Shown: positions 26,143-40,505, counted from the stretch's first letter. The stretch is 64,000 nt of DNA from Octopus vulgaris (GCA_951406725.2 OX597829.1:16864001-16928000); one strand, 5' to 3'. Numbers and translations are program-made. The notes: generated by a model not told the origin, from the sequence alone.

Positions 26143-26179
26143 TCATAACGGGGAGTATTGTCCGAGCGCATATTCGTAC
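26143..26179 (-). other. Candidate host-gene exon start (3' splice site)
   Basis: Minus strand pyrimidine tract, CTAAC, then TTTGAGTGCAG|GTACGAATATG; no homology recognised. Confidence 0.25.
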
Positions 26180-26523
26180 CTGCACTCAAACAAACCCGAA
26201 GGTATGGTTAGAGAAAGAGAGAAACGGTAGGAGAAAAAGACCCAGAGAGAGAGAGAGAGAGAGAGGGGGGAGGGAGAAAAGTAAAGAAAGAGAAAAGAAA
26301 AGAGAGAAGAGGGAAAATAAGTTATTTTTCCCGTGTGTTCAGGAAATTTGTGAACAGCATTATATTCATTTTTTTTTTTACTTGCGTTATACACACGCGA
26401 ACACGCATACTACCACACATACGTTCACATGCATATATACGTATGCGTAAAATGGCATGAGCATGCGAGAATGTCGGAAGATGTTTTTTTTGAGCTTGTG
26501 CATGTATGTGTATGACTATATGC

Positions 26524-26564
<41 letters not shown>

Positions 26565-26574
26565 CATATATAAG

Positions 26575-26785
26575 GTTAGCAGGCCGGGCGAAATGCTTTG
26601 CGGTATTTCGTCCGCCGCTGCTGCGCGTTTTGAGTTCAAATTCCACCAAGGTCGACTTTACCTTTCATCCTTTCGGGGTCGATAAATAAAGTACCAGTTT
26701 CACAGTGGAGTCGATGTAATCGACTTAATACCTCTGTCTGTCCTTGTTTGTCCCCGCTATGTTTAGCCCCTTGTGGGCACTAAAG

Positions 26786-26790
<5 letters not shown>
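26575..26790 (+). mobile_element. SINE family A, 5'-trimmed
   Basis: Family consensus. Confidence 0.85.
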
Positions 26791-26843
<53 letters not shown>

Positions 26844-26937
26844 GTGTGTATGTGTGTGTGCGTTTGTGTACGTATGCATACGTATTTACATGTATAATGT
26901 ATCTCTCTCTATATATATGCATATATGTGTATATATA

Positions 26938-26973
<36 letters not shown>

Positions 26974-28087
26974 TGTATGTATGTATATGTAAATTTTAAA
27001 ACAACTACACGTTTTGATATCAGGTGCATTTTCAAACCCCTAAGCAAATTCTCTTATATTCTTTCTTGCGTGGGAATACACTGCTTCATTCCATATTATA
27101 CATATGTGGGTGTGGGTGTGTGTGTGTTTGTTTGTGCGTATGTGTGAGTGTGTGTATATGTATACATATATGTACATATACATGTATGTGTATATTTATA
27201 TATGTATTTGTACATATCTATGTATATATATTTATATTTATATATATATTCATATATACATACATACATATATACATATATATATATACGCATATATATA
27301 TATATATATATATATATACAAATATACATATATATACATATATATATACAAATATACATATATACATATATATATATACATATATACATACATATGTGTA
27401 CATATATACATATATGTACATATATATATATATTCACATACATACACACACACTTATATATATATATATATATATATATGCGTGTGTGTGTATAAGTTTG
27501 TATGTATGTATGTGGATATATGTATATTTATATATATACGAATATATACGTGTCTACATACGCTTGTTTTAAAGGTATGTATACATACACAATGTGTTTT
27601 GCCATCGTTTTTGCCTTTCATTTTTTTCTTTCGTATGTGTTTATTTTTTTATGTATGTATTTTTGTTTTAAAAGCTACCAATGAATAATTCGCATACCTG
27701 AACTAACTTGTGGTGGTTGGGTCGATGGGATCTCATGAAAGCGTGTAAGATTATGATTTATTTCATATATCTTAAAATAACATGTCGATAAAAACGAATA
27801 AATTGATAAGACTGACATTTTTTTTTCTATTCTTTTCTACTTGTTTTTTTTTTTTACGCCTTCAGTAGGATAAGTGAAGTAGAATACAAGGTTTGTTTCA
27901 TATAATATAGAGAAGGGTGAAAACGGGGTAGGGTTATGTATAAAAATCCAAATAGACAAACAAGAAACAAAGACAAAGAAATAACACAGAAACAAATTGT
28001 CATGATCTCGTGAGAAAATGTACGGACACAGGTTCAGAACGATAAATGCGATTCATTAAGAAAACATCGCGTATCTAGACGTGACTG

Positions 28088-28603
28088 TATGTATGTATGT
28101 ATGTATGCATGTATGTATGTATGTATGTATGTATGTATGTATGTATGTATGTATGTATGTATGTATGTATGTATGTATGCATGCATGTATGTATGTATGT
28201 ATGTATGTATGTATGTATGTGTGCGTGTATGTATGTGTGTGTATGTATGTGTGTGTGTATGTGTGTATGTATGTGTGTATGTATGTGTGTGTGTGTGTGT
28301 GTGTATGTATGTGTGTATGTATGTGTGTATGTATGTGTGTATGTGTATGTATGTATGCGTGTATGTGTATGTATGTATGTATGTATGTATGTATGTATGT
28401 ATGTGTGCGTGTATGTATGTGTGTATGTATGTGTGTGTATGTATGTGTGTATGTATGTGTGTATGTATGTGTGTATGCATGTATATATGTGTGTATGTAT
28501 GTGTGTATGTATGTGTGTATGTATGTGTGTGTATGTGTGTGTGCGTTTATATGTATGTATTTATATGCATGTATATATGTATGTGTGTATGTATGTACAT
28601 ATG

Positions 28604-28643
<40 letters not shown>

Positions 28644-28680
28644 TGTGTGTATGTGCGTGTGTGTGTATGTGTGTGTGTAC
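28088..28680. repeat. (TATG)n/(TG)n compound microsatellite
   Basis: Directly visible. Confidence 0.95.
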
Positions 28681-29053
28681 ATTTTTGTGTGCAAAGAAGA
28701 CTCATGGCCTAGGCTTTAGGGTGCTGCCCTCACGATTGTGAGATCGTAGTTTCGGTTCCTAGACGGGTGGTGCGTTGGTTTCTTAAGCAAAATACTTCAT
28801 CTCACGCTGGTCTCCGATCACTTCGACACCTGAGGCGTGGTACACCTAGGTGCACCTGTTCAAACTAAGTTGGTTTGATGGAGAGAGCGTGGGCTAATAT
28901 ATAGCACATACATTTCAGCAACGTAGACAAATCATTTGTGCAGGTCATTCACCAAAAGCTGAAAGCTAATACATCGTTTTCGACGGGATAGTCCATTATA
29001 GTGTGTGTGTTCATGTATATGTGCAAATAGATGGGACCTCGGCTTGTACTACC

Positions 29054-29286
29054 TATTTCTTTACTACCCACAAGAGGCTAAATACAGAGAGGACAAACAA
29101 GGACAGACAAACGGATTAAGTCGATTATATCGACCCCAGTGCGTAACTGGTACTTATTTAATCGACCCCGAAAGGATGAAGGGCAAAGTCGACCTCGGCG
29201 GAATTTGAACTCAGAACGTAGCGGCAGACGAATTACCGCTAGGCGTTTCGCCCGGTGTGCTAACGTTTCTGTCTACTCACCGCCTT
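29054..29286 (-). mobile_element. SINE family A
   Basis: Reverse-complement consensus; 16-bp TSD CTCGGCTTGTACTACC. Confidence 0.92.
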
Positions 29287-29705
29287 CTCGGCTTGTACTA
29301 CCGTTTTGAATCAGAATAGAGCTGGGATTAAAAGTAATTAAAGGGTGACTCTCCGCTGCCCACAATTCCAGGACTCATGAACTGCAGTCTCACCACCAGA
29401 GGCAGTTTAATCCATTAATTGCCAAATTGCTTTATGCATATGTTTTTGGTTTTGCCAGGGGTCGTAGGAGTTAAAATAATATATAGTATTTAAATGTTCT
29501 TCATATGTAAATTGTTTTGAAAATTATGGGGATCGCTGAAAAAACGCATATTTATCCTTTTCTATTCAGATGCAATGATAAACATAATAGTTTTTTTTTT
29601 TTTTAACTATTGTATCAAATACAAATGTCTATGAAAAATCAATGAAGGATATTTTGATGGGAAATGCAAAAAAAAAAAAAAAGGAAAAACATTTCAAAAC
29701 AGTCG

Positions 29706-29847
29706 TAGGAGTGGTTCCACGTGGTTCCGAGTTCAGTCCCACTGCGTGGCACCTTCGGCAAGTGTCTTCTACTATAGCCTCGGACCGACCAAGGCCTTGT
29801 GAGTGGATTTGGTAGACGGAAACAGAAAGAAGCCCGTCGTATATATG

Positions 29848-29878
<31 letters not shown>

Positions 29879-30095
29879 GTATGTGTTTGTGTGTCTGTGT
29901 TTGTCCCCCCAACATCGCTTGACAACCGTTGCTGGTGTGTTTACGTCCTCCGTAACTTATCGGTTCGGCAAAAGAGGCCGATAGAATAAGTACTTGGCTT
30001 CCAAAGAATATGTCCTGGGGTCAATCTGCTCGACTAAAGGTGGTGCTCCAGCATGGCCACAGTCAAATGACTGAAACAAAAGAGTAAAGTAAAGA
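29706..30095 (+). mobile_element. SINE family B
   Basis: Family consensus with a head deletion. Confidence 0.88.
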
Positions 30096-30731
30096 GAGTC
30101 CATATTTTTGTAGTTCAAGAATTACGATTTATGACATAAAATGTCCTCTAGAATTAGCCAGAGATAATAATGACAAACTTTAATTACTAAAGATTGTTAA
30201 ACACACCTCGGCAAATACAATGTACTTATGAAATTAACTTTAAATACAACGAACAACCGGCAGTGGGACTACTTTTAGGAGAGTCCCAAATGAGGCTCAT
30301 AACAAGCAATAGGCTTATTTCATATCCAGTTTCATATTTTGATCTGCGTTGTATTATATAAAGTCCTATGTCGATAGAATATCAGTTACGGGCTTGCAAA
30401 GACGAAAGTAGATCAGAACAATCAGTCTGAATGTGAGACGGTCATCACCTGACAAGATGAGGAACCCACCATCGTTTGCATGTATATATATGTGCGTATG
30501 TGTTAGAAAAGGAACCGGTTTCTAACCTAGGTCCTTCAGTGGAATTTTTAAACAACGTCAGCAAAACATTTGTGCATATTTGTGTGTATATGTGCAATAT
30601 TTTAAGTCAGGTGAGTGTGAAGATATGTATGTTTTACTTTATGTATTTATTCTCGTGCATATAGTTACATATCTAGACATGAGCACATATACATTTTGCA
30701 CGTATGAGTGTGTATACGTATGTATGTATAC

Positions 30732-30797
<66 letters not shown>

Positions 30798-30798
30798 C

Positions 30799-31108
30799 GG
30801 GAAGCTTTATGAAAATAGACAAAAGACGAAGGCAGATGGAAAACAAACAAACAATTGTATTAGTATGGCGCTCAGGAAATATAAATAAAACAAGTCTTTA
30901 ACGTTTCGAGCCTACGCTCTTCATATATATATATATAAATATATATGTATAGGGAAAATTTACGAAAAAAACAAAAGACGAAGACAGGTGGTGTACAAAA
31001 CAAACAGATGTATAAGTATAACGCCTAGGAATAGAAAAAGTCTTTTACGTTTCGAGCCTACGCCATTCTACAGAAAGGTACACAGAAAAAACAAGGAGCG
31101 AAAAAAAT
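30799..31108 (-). mobile_element. Two tandem pLTR-like repeats with variant hammerhead, in (TA)n
   Basis: Homologous to 14439-14600; minus strand CTTT-CTGTAGA-A-TGGC-GTAG-GCTC-GAAA-CG-TA-AAAG. Confidence 0.7.
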
Positions 31109-31158
31109 GTGTGTAGCATATATATATATATATATGCTACACACATTTTTTTCGGCAG

Positions 31159-31241
<83 letters not shown>

Positions 31242-31287
31242 ATGTATGTATGTATGTATGTATGTATGTATGTATGTATGTATATAT

Positions 31288-31400
31288 CGGCCTGCTCGCT
31301 TAGCCAGCGGGGTGGCGTCATTTGAAGGCTAATAAACAATGCGAAGCGCATTGTGACCAGCGATGTGTAGCAATATCTGATAGCCTGGTCGGTCACGTGA
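31288..31400 (+). mobile_element. Isolated tail type 2 of SINE family R
   Basis: Matches the 3' part of the 32858-33159 copy (..CCTGGTCGGTCACGTGA). Confidence 0.8.
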
Positions 31401-32014
31401 TATATATAGACCTCAGGTATAATACATAGCTTAATTTAATAGCACAACTGTATACCTAATGTGTATGGATTTCGCTGAGTAAATTTAATTATAGTAAACT
31501 ATTTTGCTTGGATAATGCGGAAGCATCTTCAAGTTTAATCGATTCTTAAACCAGCACTACCAGTAGGCTTACTGTCATTAAAAAAACAAACATGAAAAAC
31601 TCCAGATTCTGGAGAGGAAATCTGACTGGGAACAGAAATAGACGCAATCCGTTATCAATGTCGAGTTTTATATTCAATTTCAAAATTTAATGCCGTTTAG
31701 ATAATTTATTTCGTCATACTTCATCGCCAAACTCTGTAACTTCCTTTACAGGCAATTATTTTAACAATTTTTACATACGTTGCTATTCCAGCAAAAACAA
31801 TCGCAACCTACGAAGGAATTGAATCTGTTCTGGTTCGTACGCTCATCTCCCTCGAGTCACAGGCTTTAAGAGCCTTAAAAAAAAATGGAAGAATATATTT
31901 CATATTGTAATCCTAGCTTTAAAAAAAAATGAACGAAAAAGGCGACAGCTGGAATGCATTTAAACATAGTTCCTGTGAATCAGGCGTGACGTGCAACAAA
32001 AGAATAATGGAAAG

Positions 32015-32085
<71 letters not shown>

Positions 32086-32426
32086 TAATAATAATAATAA
32101 CGAGAAAGGACACATTGTATTATTTATTCTTAGATACACAAAAACTGTGAAAACAAATAATGGGATTGAGAGTTACAGTAAGACCGTCTTTAGGTATGCC
32201 TTGTTGTGCTCGATTAAAGCTGACCTAAAGTTAAGACAGCAGCAACGAATTAACAATCGGAAAATTAATTACCTTAATTATGAATTTTGGGGGGAAATTT
32301 TGTATGTATTGATGGCGTATGTATTGATGGCTTTTCGCTTTCTTACTTTCATCTGATTCATCGAAAGAAAACTCTAATCAACTCAAGCTACTTTGAATGC
32401 TCGAATCAAAAAGTTACTTAAAAAGT

Positions 32427-32483
<57 letters not shown>

Positions 32484-32612
32484 CGTGCAACAAAAGTTTC
32501 CAAGAAGTGAAACACTTAATAATTGAGTATTACCCTAGACGTAATTAGAATCCCCAATGAACGACAATCACTCAATATCAAAGTATGTTATAATACAAAC
32601 AAAAGAACTCAC

Positions 32613-32637
32613 CCTCAACCAAGACACAAAGAAACGA
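32613..32637 (-). other. Candidate 25-nt micro-exon
   Basis: Minus strand TTTCTTTCAG|TCGTTTCTTTGTGTCTTGGTTGAGG|GTGAGT. Confidence 0.25.
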
Positions 32638-32735
32638 CTGAAAGAAATATCGGGCCCAAACAGTTTCAATGAGCGAATTATGAGGAGACATAGGATGTCT
32701 AGAACGAAGAAAATGAGTAGGAAAGAAAAACGCGT

Positions 32736-32799
<64 letters not shown>

Positions 32800-32823
32800 T
32801 CTCACACAAACACAAATATATAC

Positions 32824-32857
<34 letters not shown>

Positions 32858-32864
<7 letters not shown>

Positions 32865-33155
32865 ACCGACCAGGCCATCAGATGTTGCTACACATCGCTC
32901 GTCACAATGTGCTTCGCATTGTTTTAAGCCTTCAAATGACGCCACCTCGCTGGCTAAGTGCGCAAGCCAACAGAAACAAGAGTGAGAGAAAGTTGTGGCG
33001 AAAGAGTACAGCAGGGATTACCACCACACCCTGCCGCAACCTCGTGGAGCTTTAGGTGATTTCGCTCGATAAACACTCATAACGTCTGGTCTGGGAATCG
33101 AAACCGCGATCCTACGACCGCGATCCGCTGCCCTAACCACTGGGCTATTGCACCT

Positions 33156-33159
<4 letters not shown>
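32858..33159 (-). mobile_element. SINE family R, tail type 2
   Basis: Same head and core as 22595, different tail ending in (TA)n. Confidence 0.88.
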
Positions 33160-33203
<44 letters not shown>

Positions 33204-34189
33204 TTACATATATATATATATTAGCTTAAAAGCTGCCCTATCGAGCAGCTTTTAAGCTAGCTCCTGTGGAGGGCTCTTCATTTTGTTTGAACTTTAGTGT
33301 GTTTTAGTATTTTTTAAGGCAAAAATAAGGTTAGTCGAATCGGTGTTCATGCAATCGGTGTGCGCTAAGTTTCCATAGTTCTGACGGCCGATGGCATGAA
33401 AATAGGTCTAAAAAAATTTATTAATATCTGAAAAAATACTAAGTTTCCCACATTTTTATGTTAGAGAGTTATGAGAAATAATATTGTACGTGAGAGTGAA
33501 TTCGATACGTATTTCAGTTCAGGCACGTGTTATGGTCTAATTATTTGATACAGTTATAATATTTAGAGAAAGCTTTTTTCAAAATGTTCATTTTGGAAAT
33601 TACTTTTGGAAATAATTATAATATTTAGAGAAATAGTTTTTTAAAAAAAATATTAGGATTCAGAAAAAAACAAGAGTGAAGAATAACAGAAGTGTCATTG
33701 AATAGTGAGAGAGGGGTTAAAGCATGAGGAATAGTAGAAGTGTTATTGAAAAGGGAAATTGTAAAGCAAATCCCTTTTTTTTACAATCTTCATTTCTCCC
33801 TTGTTTTTGCTCCCTCTTAACTCAGTATGATACATATTTCTTGTTGATCACTAATAACACTAATGGGCTTTGTACATTGAAAAAAATTGATCAACAGTTT
33901 TTATATTATTGACTGTTATGAACATTTAAACTTATCAACATTGAAACTTTCAAATATGTTTTTCTAATTCATAATTCTAAATTTTTGCCATTGATAAACA
34001 AAAATATTGTTCAAACTAGTTTGGTATATATGTAAATAAATTTATTTTAAACAAAGTTTTCAAATTCAGGTGCATTTTCAACGGAAAATTTGCCTCTGTG
34101 TGTGCGTGGGTGTACTTACATAAATACATATATACAGGAGGTGAACAATTACATCATTTTCTTCTTGTTTTTCGACGCACTTCTTCCAG

Positions 34190-34221
34190 CGGTAGACGGA
34201 AACTGAAAGAAGCCCATTGTA

Positions 34222-34278
<57 letters not shown>

Positions 34279-34490
34279 ATATGTTTATGTGTCTGTGTTT
34301 CTCCCCCCAACATCGATTGACAATCGATGCTGGTGTGTTTGTTTCCCCGTAACTTAGCAGTCTCAAAAGAGACCGATAGAATAAGTACTAGGCTTACAAA
34401 GAATAAGTCCTGGGGTCGATTTTCTCGACTAAAGGCGGTGCTCCAGCATGCCCGCAGTCAAATGAGTGAAACAAGTAAAAAGAGTAAAGA

Positions 34491-34492
<2 letters not shown>
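34190..34492 (+). mobile_element. SINE family B, 3' part
   Basis: Starts at GGTAGACGGAAACTG. Confidence 0.85.
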
Positions 34493-34525
<33 letters not shown>

Positions 34526-34605
34526 ACATTGCTCCGGGTTTAGTCCCACTGCGTGGCAACTTGGGCAAGTGTCTTCTACTATATACATGTCTATAAATAT
34601 ATAGG

Positions 34606-34731
<126 letters not shown>

Positions 34732-35020
34732 TGTGTAAAGAGAGAGAAAGTGAAAGAGAGAGAAAGACTGCTGAAAGATCGAAGAATGTTGCTTGCTTGA
34801 TTCTCGTGGAATATATAATTAAAAAGTAGCGAGTTACAGAAAGCAATGCTAAATGAGATAGGACATTAAACATCAGTAATTAGAATTAGATATTGAAACG
34901 CTATCTAAAAAAATGTAAGGAGTAATTAAATATTTGTAAGGTAACATTCCAGCATCGTTGTTAGAATAGGTGTTTAATGTTCCATTTACATTACTATTAA
35001 CAGAGCTTTCTATAACCAAC

Positions 35021-35064
<44 letters not shown>

Positions 35065-36003
35065 GCATGTATATTTATATATATATACATACATGTATAT
35101 ATATGTATGTGTGTGTGTCTCAGTGTGTTATGTATGTATGTGTGTATCTATCTATATACACACTCATATATATATACATACGTGAATATGAAAAACGGGA
35201 ACATGAATAAACAGAAACATGATAAACAAACATTTATTTGAACAACGAAAGAAACAAATAGAGAAACGAGACAGCAACATAACGAACCATCCCTTCATCA
35301 GTTGTCCCCTTTTTTTATCTACTCTGCATTTTGAATATTTAGGACAAGATGCGCCTTCATCAAAACAGTCGTTCCCGCAAAGTAAATCAAATAAAATTCG
35401 AGCTTTGCGGAGGGTTAAAGTGGTAAGAAAACGGGATATAAAAACAAAACAGTAAAAACAAACGGTAACGAGAGCTCTGACAGGAGACAGGCAAAAATGT
35501 GTTTTGTCTCTTGTAACGCAAGGAGGAAAATGAAAGATACCCGCTGGTCACGTATGAGCAATGGGAGAAGTACATGTATGTATGCATATTATTTATATCA
35601 TTATATGATCGAACACCACGCTTCCATTTCGAAGTAAATTTTATCTTAATAATTCTGATGCGACACTTATATCACTATTCTATCACTATCTCTATTCTCC
35701 CCCATTTCTTTTTTCTCTCCCACTCTTTCTCTAATTCTTTTCCTCCCCTTCACCTCTCTTTATCTCTCCCACTCTCTCTCCGCCACTCTTCCTCCTTGAC
35801 TCTCTCGTTGCTCACATGAGATGCATTTCGTCCATCCTTTAACATATGGCTTGGATTTTTCTACTTGACTGTATGTGGTGTGTTGATGGTCTTCAAACTC
35901 CATACGTGGTTAGCCAACTTGGTGGCTTACTGAAAACATTAAATGCGATACGTGTGTGTGCACGCGCTTGTGTGTGCGTGTCTTTGTGTGTGCTTAACTT
36001 TAA

Positions 36004-36237
36004 GGCGGCAAGCTGGCAGAAACGTTAGCACGCCGGGCGAAATGCTCAGCGGTATTTCGTCTGCCGCTACGTTCTGAGTTCAAATTCCGCCGAGGTCGAC
36101 TTTGCCTTTCATCCTTTCGGGGTCGATTAAATAAGTACCAGTTACGCACTGGGGTCGATATAATCGACTTAATCCGTTTGTCTGTCCTTGTTTGTCCTCC
36201 CTGTGTTTAGCCCCTTGTTGGTAGTAAAGAAATAAGT
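36004..36237 (+). mobile_element. SINE family A
   Basis: Near-consensus copy. Confidence 0.92.
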
Positions 36238-36588
36238 ATTTCTTCTGACTTTACTTTCTGAGAATAAACGTATGCATAGATATTTATTCGTCGTTTTCGT
36301 TGGTGAGTGTTTAGCTGCATTACCTGATCCTGAATTATGCTGTCATTGAACATATCTCAGACGGTTATACCTTAACATAATACACAGTTTGTATTAGTGG
36401 TTTAAATTGCAGATGCAATCCACTCGACGTATTTCTATGCTTTGTTCCGTTATCCAATTTCACTCACAAGCTTCGGGGCAAACCTAAGATATGGAAAGCA
36501 ACATCAGTACAAACTAGCGGGTTTTGGGATTAAAACCGACGCATCCGTTGTTGTGAGGCAAATTTCTACCCACTATTTTATACGGAGC

Positions 36589-36645
<57 letters not shown>

Positions 36646-36646
<1 letters not shown>

Positions 36647-36830
36647 CTTATATAAAAATGGTGACTTTTGTCTTTCTGTCTGTTACCATCTTGGTACCTT
36701 TACCAGCGAACCAATCTTTACAAAACTTTGCATACATGTTATAACTACCATCCAGTTCAATTGTAGGCCAAATGGATTTCAATAAAATTTGAGAATGGGG
36801 CCCCGTATGGGGACTGGGTTATTATATGAT
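36646..36830 (+). mobile_element. Probable Helitron 5' end
   Basis: A|TCTTATATAAAAA start followed by (GTCT)-like run; 3' end not identified. Confidence 0.4.
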
Positions 36831-38537
36831 GAAATGAAAAGGGTGCAAAGAGTGTTAGTTTGAGGGAAATGTGGAGGCATAATGAGGGTGGCTGATATCA
36901 GGGAAGGGGAGGGGACAGGAAAAGACAGAGAGACGGGGAATGTTAGAGAGAGGGAGAGAGAGAGAACGAGAGACAGGGACAGAGAGGGAGAGAGAGAATG
37001 TGTTTACTGAAGGGAAGAGCGAATTTTAATAATATCAGTTAACGCATGCGCTTTAGTGAATTAACTATCGTATGCTCAATCAAAACTTTTGCTCTATATC
37101 CAACAACAGGTGTAACAAGTGAAAGGTAAAGCGTTTTTATATTTGTTTTCAAATCACCATATTAAGATTTATAAAAAAACTTCACCAACGTACTAAAGCA
37201 ATAAAACTATAGGTAATGTCTTTCATTTTGTTCCGTTGCTAAAACTGTTTCATTCTTAACATAAATTGAAAAGTAACACACAACTCAAACTAGAAAAAGT
37301 AGGAATAGAAGAAAACATTGAGAGGAGTTGTTTATTTAAAGAGCACTTTCAATTCTATTTATTTGGAATTTTACATCATCGCAAGATTGCGATGGTTCAG
37401 AAAATATTCAGTTCCATCTTCCAATTTTCTCTATTTTTGTAAAGTCATCCCTGTTGCTGTTACATTGTAAAATTAAAAAATTACGTCGAAGTTTTCAAAT
37501 TTAGTAATTGAAATAATTTTCCTCATGAAGTCCGATTTTTGTTATTTATTTGTTCCAGAAAAATTGCAGTAAAACGTTACTGGCGTTTTAAGTTTAACCA
37601 ATATACAAAGCATGATTTGAAAGCTGGCATTTTCTGCATGATAGTTGCCTTTCATAAGATGAAAGCAAAATAATTACGAGGAAGAATTTTTATTAAACAA
37701 ATGAAAGCATAACATTTCTGAAGTTTTAATGAATAAAGTCGTGTGAAACGGTCGAACAAACATGTAACTAATTAAAAAAGATCGTCAACAAAGTTTTTTT
37801 TTTTTTTTTTGCGAAAACTTGCACAAATCTGTCCTGATCAAAAGGCCTATCTGTCGGGGGAGGCATAGTCTGAAAATGGAATAAACAAAAGTTTATACTT
37901 TTGGTAGCGCAAAAATTTATTATTCTTTAAAAAGTATGGTATTGTCAGGGACTTCGACGTTTCGGCTAGCTAACCCATCATCGGAAGCGAGAAAGAGAGA
38001 GAGATGGGGAAGGAGAGAGACCGGAATAAAGAGATGGGGAGATAGGTAATTTGGAAAAGATAGGTAATTTGGCAGATAAATACAATTTGGCTCGAGACAT
38101 ATTTTCATGGAGCACAAAATAAAGACCACAGAGTAAAACAAGAAAAATTGTCACGTGTTATTTTGCTGTATTTAGTGTTTCATGTAAATATATGTCTCAG
38201 TGATGATCCGTCCTACTACCTTCAATAACAGCTCAAAATGGCGATGAAAAGTTGGAGTTGAATAGTATCACATTCATTTGAGTACTACTCCGTGTTATCT
38301 ATACTGAGCTTAGTTTGCTCTCATCCAGTTACACTGTCCCTGTGTACCTGGCTGTCTACCAGTCTGTCTGTCTTTTCTCCCTTTTCCCTCTCTTCGCGCT
38401 CTCTTTATGTGTATATATATATATATAATAATTATTTGAGGGAATATTAATCCTAACTTACTGGGGAAAAAATTCAATTTAGAAATACTAAATCAAATTT
38501 CACACAATATGATATATATATATATATATATATATAT

Positions 38538-38718
38538 TTAGAAAAAACACCTTGTATCAATTCAAACGGAACAATTAAATTACACCATCTAGAAAATTAC
38601 ATATAATAGAAATTGGTATTTTATTGTTATTTTAACTTTAATATTTCTATTATATATAATTTTCTAGATAGTGTAATTTAATTGTTCATTTTGAATTGAT
38701 AAAAGGTGTTTTTTTTTC

Positions 38719-38721
<3 letters not shown>
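38538..38721. repeat. ~76-bp-arm inverted repeat embedded in (TA)n
   Basis: TTAGAAAAAACACCTTGTATCAATTCAAA..CTAGAAAATTA mirrored after a ~30-nt spacer. Confidence 0.88.
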
Positions 38722-38771
<50 letters not shown>

Positions 38772-38773
<2 letters not shown>

Positions 38774-38948
38774 TCCTTTATTTGTTTCAGTCATTTGACC
38801 GCGACCATACTGGAGAACTACCTTTAGTCGATCCCCAGCACTTATTCTTTCTAAGCCTAGTATTTATTCTATCGGTCTCTTTTGCCGAACCACTATATTA
38901 CGGGAACGTAAGCACACCAGCTTCGGTTGTCAAGCGATGCTGTGGGGA

Positions 38949-39014
<66 letters not shown>

Positions 39015-39186
39015 CATATATACGACAGGCTTCTTTCAGGTTCCGTCTACCAAATCCACTCACAAGGTTTTGGTCGGCCCGAGGCTATAGTAGAAGACAC
39101 TTGCCCAAGGTGCCACGCAGTGGGACTGAACCCGGAACCAGGTGGCTGGTAAGCAAGCCTCTAACAACACAGCCACTCCTGCGCCT
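38772..39186 (-). mobile_element. SINE family B
   Basis: Reverse-complement consensus. Confidence 0.9.
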
Positions 39187-40039
39187 TCTTTTATACTTTT
39201 TTCTTTTATTTGTTTCAGCCATGCGGTCATGCTGCAGCACCGTCGTGTCTTGAAAGACCTTAGTATCCAGCCAACCAGTTGTCTGTTCTTTGGTGCCAAC
39301 TTGATAGTGCATAAGTAGTGATACATTATTGCACTTAATGTACACACACACACACACACACACATATATGTACGTATACATATACATATGGAGGGTGTTG
39401 TTGTTGTTGTGTATACTACTATATATTATAATATTTTATTTTATTATATATATTTATTTTTTAATTCTTTTCTAGTTTCAGCTCACGAGCTGTGGCCATA
39501 CTAGGACACTGCCATTGGTGTTGCTACATAATTTTACTTCACGAATGCTTTTTAGGAATTGACATTTGGTGCATGTGAGAGTTTGATGCAGCTTCCCTCA
39601 TCTGCACCTCCTGCCGCGAAGTTGGTTCATCTGGGACTGTTGAAAATTTGTTCACTATGTGATAAGGGTAATTGCCAAATTATTTTGGGGGCACAGTCTT
39701 TGTATAATTTTATTTATTCACGTCTCTTTTGTTCTTGTTTTTTTTTTCTTGCTCGTTTATTTATTTATTTTTGTTTTTGTTTTTCTTTGCCTTTTCCCCT
39801 GTTGGAATTATGGAGTGAGTACCACCCACTACAAATTGAACTAGGAAGTAGCAGAAAGAGTAACATCCAAGTATAAAATTCATTAGAAAATATTACGTTC
39901 TCCCACGCCCACCCCGTTCTTCTCATGCGACAGCTGGGCAGGATGGCTGTAGGAAGCGATGCGTGCACGAAAGTAACAAACAACAATAACAGAAATGTTA
40001 ACAATCACTGTATCAATAGAATAGGACAACGACTTTAAT

Positions 40040-40440
40040 AACCCTTCGTACTGGAAGCACAAGGCCTCAAATTTGGGGGAAGGGATTAAGTCGATTACAT
40101 CGACCCCAGTGCGTAACTGGTATTTAATTTATCGACCCCGAAAGGTTGAAAGGCAAAGTCGACCCCCGTCGGAATTTGAACTCAGAACATGTAGACAGAC
40201 GAAATACCCATTTCTTTACTACCCACAAGGGGCTAAACACAGAGAGGACAAACAAGGACAGACAAACGGATTAAGTCGATTATATCGACCCCAGTGCGTA
40301 ACTGGTACTTATTTAATCGACCCCGAAAGGATGAAAGGCAAAGTCGACCTCGGCGGAATTTGAACTCAGAACGTAGCGGTAGACGAAATACCGCTAAGCA
40401 TTTCGCCCGACGGACTAACGATTCTGACAGCTAGCAGCCT
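40040..40440 (-). mobile_element. SINE family A dimer (second body with alternative tail)
   Basis: Reverse-complement consensus; junction AAGAAATGGGTATTTCG. Confidence 0.88.
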
Positions 40441-40505
40441 TCAACGACTTTAATAACGAGAACAACAAAACACAAGCAACAACGGCACCACCAACAGCAG
40501 CATTG

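Noticed and set aside
35285-35370. Two minus-strand (C/T)TGATGAAGG motifs
   Set aside because: Could be a decayed pLTR, but I could not pair a helix II with a following GAAA, so no ribozyme call.
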